DNA from: Chitinophagaceae bacterium
GTDB taxonomy: Bacteria; Bacteroidota; Bacteroidia; Chitinophagales; Chitinophagaceae
Assembly (NCBI GenBank): GCA_965246855.1
Contig: CBDFFP010000008.1
Span: 1,756 to 65,755 of the forward strand
DNA: 64,000 nt
Direction: 5' to 3'
The notes under the pieces were generated by a model that was not told where the DNA came from, did no database searches, and saw nothing but the letters and a program-made list of their open reading frames with translations. This document shows positions 17,528 through 24,583 of this stretch, one piece after another. Position numbers and translations under genes: made by a program. Each line of letters begins with the position of its first letter. The stretch's first letter is position 1.

Positions 17528-18061
17528 ATGAAGAATTTGAAACAGGGCCTGCTCGCTTTTGTGGCCCTTTTGGGCATCTCTTCCACACTGTTTATAGCCT
17601 CGTGTGAAAAAGATAGCTGCACCACGCTGAAGTGCCAGAATGGTGGCACCTGCGCAGATAATTTCTGCCGCTGCCCCACCGGCTACGAAGGCGCGGAATG
17701 CGAGATAAAAATCGCTCAGAAATTCATTGGCCGCTGGCCGGGTCTTGTGCGCTGCAATGCGGTGAACGATAAGGATTCCCTCGGCCCAACGTTCACGGAT
17801 ACGCTGACGATTTTTCTGGCGCAGAATCCCAATCGGCTGGGTTTGGTACGTTATCGGAACCCCGGAGACACTAGTTACGGAACGGCTTCCGGACAGCAAA
17901 TTGTGTTCACTGACCAATTCACGGACAGCTTCCGCCGTCAGCAATCGCTGGTGCTGAGCGAGCAAAGCATTGACTTCTTGATTGTTACAACCAGAGACAC
18001 CACAGACCCATCTTCGCAAAGCAATTGCCGGTTTATTGGCTACACGGTGAACAAGCGGTAA
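17528..18061 (+). CDS. lipoprotein with an EGF-like domain
   Basis: Lipobox LFIASC, followed by CTTLKCQNGGTCADNFCRCPTGYEGAEC, which is six-Cys EGF spacing including C-x-C-x2-G-Y-x-G-x2-C. Confidence 0.65.
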   Translation: MKNLKQGLLAFVALLGISSTLFIASCEKDSCTTLKCQNGGTCADNFCRCPTGYEGAECEIKIAQKFIGRWPGLVRCNAVNDKDSLGPTFTDTLTIFLAQNPNRLGLVRYRNPGDTSYGTASGQQIVFTDQFTDSFRRQQSLVLSEQSIDFLIVTTRDTTDPSSQSNCRFIGYTVNKR

Positions 18062-18191
18062 TCTTCTGATTTTTCCTCTTAAAAATTCCGGCTTTTTCTT
18101 TCCAAAGAAGCGCCGGTTTTTTGTGCAGAAAACACCTCTGCGTCTCCACGCCTCTGCGAGAAACACATCCACCCGGCATTAGCTTTGCCCC

Positions 18192-19097
18192 ATGTCCATA
18201 CAGGTTCAGGGTCTGACCAAGATTTTTGGCGAACAGAAGGCGGTTCAGAACATCAGCTTTGAGGTGAAGCCTGGTGAGGTCGTTGGTTTTCTGGGCCCAA
18301 ACGGCGCGGGAAAATCCACCACCATGAAGATGATTACCGGCTACCTGCCGCCCACCGAAGGGCGCGCGTTGGTAAGTGGTTTTGACGCGCAAACTGCGCC
18401 GCAGGAAGTGCGCAAAAGGGTAGGCTATCTGCCTGAGGCCAACCCGCTTTATCTGGACATGTATGTGCGCGAATACCTGCAATTTTCCGGGGCCATTCAC
18501 GGGCTTGGAAAAGGCGTTGCCAAGCGCAGCGAGGAGCTGATAGAACGCACCGGACTGACGAAGGAAGCGCACAAAAAAATCGGGCAGCTTTCCAAAGGAT
18601 ACAAGCAGCGGGTGGGGCTGGCGCAGGCCCTGCTCCACGACCCGGAAGTCTTGATTCTGGACGAGCCGACTTCCGGCCTTGACCCGAACCAACTGGTCGA
18701 AATCCGCAACCTGATTACGCAAATCGGGAAGGAGAAAACGGTGTTGCTTTCCACCCACATCATGCAGGAAGTGCAGGCCCTTTGCAGCCGCGTGATTATC
18801 ATCAGCAACGGCCAGATAGCCGCCGACAATGCTATCGGCGAATTAGGAACGGACAAGCGAAAACCGGCACTGCTGCTGCGGCTGGAAAAAGACTTTTCGC
18901 AGAAAGAAATCAAGGGCATTCGCGGTTTGCAAAAAGCCACTGCCGTTTCGCCGAAAGTGTGGCGTTTGGAAGCGGACGATTTGGAAGTACTGCGCCGCAA
19001 TACAATGCAGTGGGCGCTGGATAACAACATCAGTATCGAAGCACTTCAGGCAGATACACAAAGCCTGGAAGAAGTGTTCAGAAGTTTGACGAAGTGA
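18192..19097 (+). CDS. gldA: ABC transporter ATP-binding protein (GldA-like, gliding-motility-associated type)
   Basis: Walker A GPNGAGKST, signature LSKGYKQRVGLAQAL, Walker B VLILDEPTSGLD. The gldA assignment rests only on overall resemblance and phylum context. Confidence 0.7.
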   Translation: MSIQVQGLTKIFGEQKAVQNISFEVKPGEVVGFLGPNGAGKSTTMKMITGYLPPTEGRALVSGFDAQTAPQEVRKRVGYLPEANPLYLDMYVREYLQFSGAIHGLGKGVAKRSEELIERTGLTKEAHKKIGQLSKGYKQRVGLAQALLHDPEVLILDEPTSGLDPNQLVEIRNLITQIGKEKTVLLSTHIMQEVQALCSRVIIISNGQIAADNAIGELGTDKRKPALLLRLEKDFSQKEIKGIRGLQKATAVSPKVWRLEADDLEVLRRNTMQWALDNNISIEALQADTQSLEEVFRSLTK

Positions 19098-19103
19098 GGC
19101 GTA

Positions 19104-19126
19104 GGAACGCGCCAGGAGGCGCGTTC
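19104..19126 (+). terminator. hairpin after the ABC ATPase gene (REP-like GTAGGAACGCGCC family)
   Basis: ggaacgcgcc-agga-ggcgcgttc. Confidence 0.5.
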
Positions 19127-19254
19127 TCGTTCAGCGGGTTCCTCTCGTCCAACAATCTTTATCATCGGAAAAGAACCTGTAGGGAATGTATTTCCGGGAA
19201 TCCAGGTTATACAGATCCCCGAAGAGGATGACAAAGGATTACCGGCAAAACAAA

Positions 19255-19282
19255 GAACGCCCCGCCAATCGGCGGGGCGTTC
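19255..19282 (-). terminator. rho-independent terminator of phoH
   Basis: gaacgccccgcc-aatc-ggcggggcgttc, with T-rich sequence on the minus-strand 3' side. Confidence 0.65.
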
Positions 19283-19308
19283 CTACAAAATCTTTTTTTG
19301 TCTTTTGT

Positions 19309-20385
19309 CTATAAACTTTTGTCTTCTTTCTCTTCCGGCTTCGGCGTCTCTTCTACCGGCGGCTGATTCATCGCGCCGGACTTGCGCAGCTCGCGGTATT
19401 CGCGCTCCTCGGCGCGGCTACTTACCTCGTCCCGCATCTGCTCTTTGTCGTAAGCACGGATAATGTGCTTCACGAGGCGGTGGCGCACCACGTCGCTCTC
19501 ATCCAGTTCAATGTGGGCGATGCCGTCGATGTGGCGCAGTATGCGCACTGCCTTCGCGAGACCTGACCGTTGGTTTTTAGGCAGGTCAATCTGCGTTACA
19601 TCGCCGGTAATAATGGCTTTCGCACTCGGCCCGATGCGTGTCAGAAACATCTTGATTTGCAGGTCGGTGGTGTTCTGTGCTTCGTCCAGAATAATGAACG
19701 AATTGTCCAGCGTGCGGCCCCGCATGTAGGCCAACGGCGCAATCTCAATGATGCGGTTGGTCATGTAATAATTCAGCTTGTCCGATGGCAGCATGTCGTC
19801 CAGCGCGTCATAAAGAGGGCGTAAGTACGGGTCGATTTTCTCCTTTAAATCGCCGGGCAGAAAGCCGAGGTTTTCACCTGCTTCCACCGCCGGGCGCGTA
19901 AGGATAATCTTGCGGACGCTTTTGTTCTTGAGGGCACGCACCGCAAGGGCAACGGCGGTGTAGGTTTTGCCCGTTCCGGCAGGGCCAATGGCGAAGATGA
20001 TGTCATTTTTATCCGCCGCTTCCGCCATGCTTTTTTGATTCTGTGTTTTGGCGCGAATCACTTTTCCATTCGGGCCAAAAACCAGCACGTCGCTTTGCAG
20101 CGCATCGGCTTGCAACGGCGATTCGCCTGCTTCCTCGTCGCCGAGAATCTGGGAGAAATAGTTTTCCGAAAGGTGACCGTTGCGCTCCAGGTATTTCACC
20201 ACTTGGCCAATGCGCATCTGCGCCTGATCGACTTCGCCTGACTGGCCAGTGATTTTTACCTGCGTGCCGCGCGACAGGATTTTAAGGCGCGGGAACCGCT
20301 TCTTGAGAATGTCGAACTTGCTGTTGTTTACCCCGAAAAATTCAATGGGGTTGATGTTTTCTAGGTTGATGATGGCTTCCGTCAA
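19309..20385 (-). CDS. phoH: PhoH family ATPase
   Basis: IFAIGPAGTGKTYTAVALAV, ILTRPAVEAGENLGFLPGDLKEKIDPYLRPLYDAL, AYMRGRTL, GDVTQIDLP. A likely TTG start at 20385 (MTEAIINLENI) is preferred to the track start at 20448. Confidence 0.9.
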   Translation of the reverse strand: MTEAIINLENINPIEFFGVNNSKFDILKKRFPRLKILSRGTQVKITGQSGEVDQAQMRIGQVVKYLERNGHLSENYFSQILGDEEAGESPLQADALQSDVLVFGPNGKVIRAKTQNQKSMAEAADKNDIIFAIGPAGTGKTYTAVALAVRALKNKSVRKIILTRPAVEAGENLGFLPGDLKEKIDPYLRPLYDALDDMLPSDKLNYYMTNRIIEIAPLAYMRGRTLDNSFIILDEAQNTTDLQIKMFLTRIGPSAKAIITGDVTQIDLPKNQRSGLAKAVRILRHIDGIAHIELDESDVVRHRLVKHIIRAYDKEQMRDEVSSRAEEREYRELRKSGAMNQPPVEETPKPEEKEDKSL

Positions 20386-20575
20386 AATTGTAGGATGCTT
20401 GAGATGGGGTTTAGAAGAAAATGCCGCCCGGGAAAGGCAGGGAAACAATGCCTTTGCGCCGCGCGGCTAAATGTATAAACGAAGGGCCGCTCCTAAAGTT
20501 TATTTTTGCCGGAAGCCGGAAATAAAAAGTGTTTCCATGCAGAGAAAGCAGCTTTCTCCCGGTTCAAAAATCTCC

Positions 20576-21391
20576 ATGAATTACTGGTACCAAAAAGTAG
20601 TGGTCGTTACCGGCGGAAGCTCCGGCATTGGTCTTGCGCTGGCGCAAAGTCTTCTGCAGAAAGGCGCGAGCGTGGCCGTTTGTGGTCGCAGCCGCGAAAA
20701 ACTGGTGACCGCGCTGGGCGAAAATTCCGGCGAATTGCTGCTGTTTTCTGCCGATGTTTCCGACGCGGCGCAGTGTGAGGCTTTCCTCCAAAAAACCGTG
20801 GAAAAATGGGGTGGGGTAGACGTGCTGATAAACAACGCGGGCATTTCCATGCGGGCACTTTTTGCCGATGTTTCTTTTGCTGTTTTGCGGGAGCTGATGG
20901 ACATCAATTTCTGGGGGGCGGTCTATTGTTCGCGGTTTGCGCTGCCGCACATCGTGGCGCGCAAAGGCGTGGTGGCGGGTATTTCCTCCATTGCCGGTTA
21001 TCGCGGACTCCCGGCGCGCGCGGGCTATAGTGCAAGCAAGGCGGCGCTTCAGGCTTTTCTGGAAACGCTGCGCACGGAATTGCTTTATACAGGCGCAACG
21101 GCACTGTGGATTAGTCCGGGATTTACGGCGTCCAACATCCGCAACGTGGCGCGCGCGGCCAACGGAACGGCGCAGGGCGAAACGCCGCTGGACGAAGCGA
21201 AACTGATGAGCGCGGAAGAATGCGCAGTGCATATTCTATCCGCCATTGAAAAGCGCAAGCGCAACACGGTGCTGACGTTTCAGGGGAAGCTGACGGTGTG
21301 GCTCAACAAGCTGTTTCCTTCTCTGACGGACAAGCTGGTGTATAATCATTTTGCCAAAGAGCCGGATTCGCCACTGAAAAAACCAAAATGA
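20576..21391 (+). CDS. SDR family oxidoreductase
   Basis: VVVVTGGSSGIGLALA (TGxxxGIG), NNAG, and YSASKAALQAF (YxxxK). Confidence 0.85.
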   Translation: MNYWYQKVVVVTGGSSGIGLALAQSLLQKGASVAVCGRSREKLVTALGENSGELLLFSADVSDAAQCEAFLQKTVEKWGGVDVLINNAGISMRALFADVSFAVLRELMDINFWGAVYCSRFALPHIVARKGVVAGISSIAGYRGLPARAGYSASKAALQAFLETLRTELLYTGATALWISPGFTASNIRNVARAANGTAQGETPLDEAKLMSAEECAVHILSAIEKRKRNTVLTFQGKLTVWLNKLFPSLTDKLVYNHFAKEPDSPLKKPK

Positions 21392-21576
21392 GGCCTCCCA
21401 ACGGGTTGGTCTAAACAACGTGTCTTTCGGGAAGGAAAATATCCGGCAGCCTGAAATCCTGTTTTGCTCCGCTCTTCCAAATACTTTTTCCAAGGGCTGG
21501 AAAAGGCACGTTTCATCCCTTTTGTCAACGCAGCTTGGAGAAAACCTCGCATCTATATGTGGGCCTTTTGCATAAG

Positions 21577-21838
21577 GTGGCGAGCCTTTTGCATCCCCAT
21601 GACGAAGGCTGTCATGAGGTAGCGAGAGTCTGTCATCATGTAGCGAGCCTTTCACTACCCTTCGGCAGCCTCTCACTACCCTTCGGCAGTCTCTCACTAC
21701 CCTTCGGCAGCCTCTCACTACCCTTCGGCAGCCTTTCACTACCCTTCGGCAGCCTTTCACTACCCTTCGGCAGCGGCTCACTACCCTTCGGCAGCGGCTC
21801 ACTACCCTTCGGCAGCGGCTCACTACCCTTCGGCAAAG
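21577..21838. repeat. tandem array C: nine near-identical 21-bp units (cactacccttcggcagcNNNt, starts 21653 to 21821) preceded by three degenerate in-phase units
   Basis: cactaccc starts at 21653, 21674, 21695, 21716, 21737, 21758, 21779, 21800 and 21821. Upstream, g(t/g)agcgag occurs at 21577, 21619 and 21640. Confidence 0.9.
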
Positions 21839-22130
21839 GCCTGAAAAAGCAGAGCGAAACAGCGAGAGAAGAGGCGCGCGCTGCGGAATTTTTTTGGAAG
21901 CTTCCTTAAGAACCTATGTGAAGAATGGGGCGACAAAGTTTTTTCGTTAAAGAAGAACCACACCTTTCACAACCTTTTATGTTGCGGATAGGCGCTAAAA
22001 ATTTCGTGCATCCCAACCAAAAGCGCATTCCAAACGTCTCTTTGAAGGCTAATAAGGAAAACTTTGTCCTTTTCGGATAAAGGTTTTAATTTCAAAGCCT
22101 GAACTACTCCTTTTTTCCCAAAATATTTTC

Positions 22131-24449
22131 ATGAAACACGCTTTACTTCTCGCTGCCTTTGCCGCCGGTTGCAGCTTTGCTTCTGCGCAAACGCTGAACC
22201 TGTATAAGCCCTCCGGAAATATTGCCGTAGAAAAAGGCGCGAAAACAATGTCGGCTCCTTTTGGAGGCGGCTTCAACGTGCCACAGTTTGCAATAGCCGA
22301 TCTGAACAACGATGGCAAGCCGGATCTTGTTACGTTTGAAGGTTATGGGCAAGTAGGTGTTAGTACTTTTATCAACCATGGCACATCCGGGAATCCCAGT
22401 TATGAATATGCTCCGCAATACGCATGGAGTTTTCCAATGGTGTTTAACTACCTGATTTTGCGGGATTATAACCGCGACGGCATCGCCGATTTGTTTTGCG
22501 CAGGTCTGGGCGGTTTCAGCGTTTATAAAGGCCGTTTTGCTAATAGCATGTTGCAATTCGATTACGTGAAAGACTTGCACTATGAATATATTTCTAATGC
22601 TAGTACTGGTGCGCTGGATACGGCCCCCGCATATGTAGGCAATAGTTGTATTCCTGGTATTGAAGATGTGGACGGCGATGGCGATTTGGATTTCCTATCT
22701 TTTTCCATCCTCGGTTCCCGTATTTTGTATTATGAAAACACGCAGGTAGAAGATGGTTTAAGTAAAGATACCATTCGGTTGCGGGTGCGCCACGGTTGCT
22801 GGGGAAATGCGCTTCAGTCCTACATCCGTGCCTACACGCTGGGGGTAGATTCCGCTAATTGCCCGCTGGCCTTCCGTCCGGCACCTGCTCCAACCCCCGA
22901 CAACGGGCAAGCGGGTTCTGTAGATTGGGAAGGCGGAAGAGCAGCTGCAAAAGGTGCCATGCACGGCTCCAATACACTCTGCTTTTTTGATGCAGATAAT
23001 GATGGTGACATCGACTTCCTGAATGGCAATGGCGCATTTAATGACATTCAGTTGCTGCGAAACGGACGGGCGCAATATGGCACCCGGAATGATACGATTG
23101 TTTCCCAGGATACGCTCTGGCAAAGCAATGGCATGGTGTACGAACAAAGCAGCTATCCGGCAGCTTTTCATATTGACTTCAACAACGACGGCAAGCAGGA
23201 CATTCTCATTGCGCCGCACGGCAGTGGACGTGACCGAAACCAGATTTGGTACTACCAAAACAATGGCACGCCGACCGCTCCACGCTTTGATTTTACCACC
23301 GATTCCCTGCTCTCCAATGATGTTATTGACGTAGGGTCAAACTCCCGGCCCCTGTTCTACGATTACAACAAAGACGGCAAACCGGACTTGCTGGTAGGCG
23401 GATTGGAAAAGCTCCAAAACGGACAACAGCTTTCGCGCCTACACTACTACGAGAATATAACAACTGTTGTGGGCCAACCACGATTTCAATTTAAGGCACT
23501 GGATTTGGTAAATCTCTCTGTTCTACCTGTCTATGCCACCGACCCTGCTGTGGGCGATGTGGACGGTGATGGGCTGGACGACCTCGTAATTGGCGGAAAA
23601 GACGGTAATCTGCTGTACTTCCGCAACACCGCTGCCACTGCCAACGTGCCGCCCGTCTGGATGCTACAACAAATGCCGATGACGCGTAACGGAACAGACG
23701 CGCTGAGTGTGTTTTCGAATGCATCACCCGCTTTTTACGACATCAATAAAGACGGCAAACCTGACTTGGTAATCGGTCAGACAAACGGTTCGCTGACAGC
23801 TTATCTGAACACTAATACTGTCCCCGGCAGCGTTTCCTTTGGCCCTGCCATAGACTCTTTTGGCGGCGCTATAATCCCCGCTTCCAGACCTTCGTTTGGA
23901 TATTCCCGCCCGTTCCTTGGAAAACTACAGGCAGGAAGCAACAAAGATTACCTCTTGATGGGTTGCAACGATGGTGTTTTATATGTATGGGACAGCATTG
24001 GTACCGGAAATACGACCCGGCAATTACTCAGGATTGCGGATACTTTTTCCCACATTGTCCTTCAACCCAACACCGCGCCTGCGGTAGCTGATGTGGATGG
24101 CGACGGAAAACTGGAAATGGTGATCGGAACCGACATTGGCGGACTGCAACTTTTCTGGACAGGCATGGGTCTGGATACAGATTCCTCCCTTCTGAGTCCC
24201 ACATACGTCAAGGTGTTTCCCAACCCGGCCAACGAAGATTTTGCCATTTTACGGCAGGGCGTGAGTGGCCGGAGAGAAACCACCGTTTCCGTCATGGACA
24301 TCACCGGCAGGCGGATATATCAGGAGCAATGGGGGGCAGGACAAGTGTCTGGAAGAGTCTCTACCCAAAGCTGGCCGGCGGGAATGTATATGCTTCAAAT
24401 AGCCGCTGCGGAAGGCGTGGAGACACAAAAAATCACCATTACCCATTAA
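22131..24449 (+). CDS. FG-GAP/VCBS repeat protein with a T9SS type A C-terminal sorting domain
   Basis: Signal peptide MKHALLLAAFAAGCSFASAQ. Many DxNxDGxxD repeats (DLNNDGKPDL, DVDGDGDLDF, DADNDGDIDF, DFNNDGKQDI, DYNKDGKPDL, DVDGDGLDDL, DINKDGKPDL, DVDGDGKLEM). C-terminus: VFPNPANEDFAIL...GMYMLQIAAAEGVETQKITITH. Confidence 0.8.
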   Translation: MKHALLLAAFAAGCSFASAQTLNLYKPSGNIAVEKGAKTMSAPFGGGFNVPQFAIADLNNDGKPDLVTFEGYGQVGVSTFINHGTSGNPSYEYAPQYAWSFPMVFNYLILRDYNRDGIADLFCAGLGGFSVYKGRFANSMLQFDYVKDLHYEYISNASTGALDTAPAYVGNSCIPGIEDVDGDGDLDFLSFSILGSRILYYENTQVEDGLSKDTIRLRVRHGCWGNALQSYIRAYTLGVDSANCPLAFRPAPAPTPDNGQAGSVDWEGGRAAAKGAMHGSNTLCFFDADNDGDIDFLNGNGAFNDIQLLRNGRAQYGTRNDTIVSQDTLWQSNGMVYEQSSYPAAFHIDFNNDGKQDILIAPHGSGRDRNQIWYYQNNGTPTAPRFDFTTDSLLSNDVIDVGSNSRPLFYDYNKDGKPDLLVGGLEKLQNGQQLSRLHYYENITTVVGQPRFQFKALDLVNLSVLPVYATDPAVGDVDGDGLDDLVIGGKDGNLLYFRNTAATANVPPVWMLQQMPMTRNGTDALSVFSNASPAFYDINKDGKPDLVIGQTNGSLTAYLNTNTVPGSVSFGPAIDSFGGAIIPASRPSFGYSRPFLGKLQAGSNKDYLLMGCNDGVLYVWDSIGTGNTTRQLLRIADTFSHIVLQPNTAPAVADVDGDGKLEMVIGTDIGGLQLFWTGMGLDTDSSLLSPTYVKVFPNPANEDFAILRQGVSGRRETTVSVMDITGRRIYQEQWGAGQVSGRVSTQSWPAGMYMLQIAAAEGVETQKITITH

Positions 24450-24583
24450 GGCAAGATCTCTTTTACGGCGGCTTTTCTTTTCGTTTGGCCGGGTGGGAAA
24501 AATGATTTAGCTTAGTCCGCTGATAGCCCTTGTTATAAAAGGCTGTCAACGGACACCCTAATTCTTCATTTTTGAAGCAAATT

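Noticed and set aside
21236-21909. ORFs 21535..21909(+), 21636..21836(-) and 21236..21823(-), which translate array C as SLSLPFG, PKGSERL and CRRVV repeats
   Set aside because: Three overlapping frames are open only because the 21-bp unit lacks stop codons. I see no convincing start context, and the translations are low-complexity. The same applies to ORFs over arrays B, D, E and G (for example 11405..11683, 29568..30008, 42285..42569 and 61617..61973).
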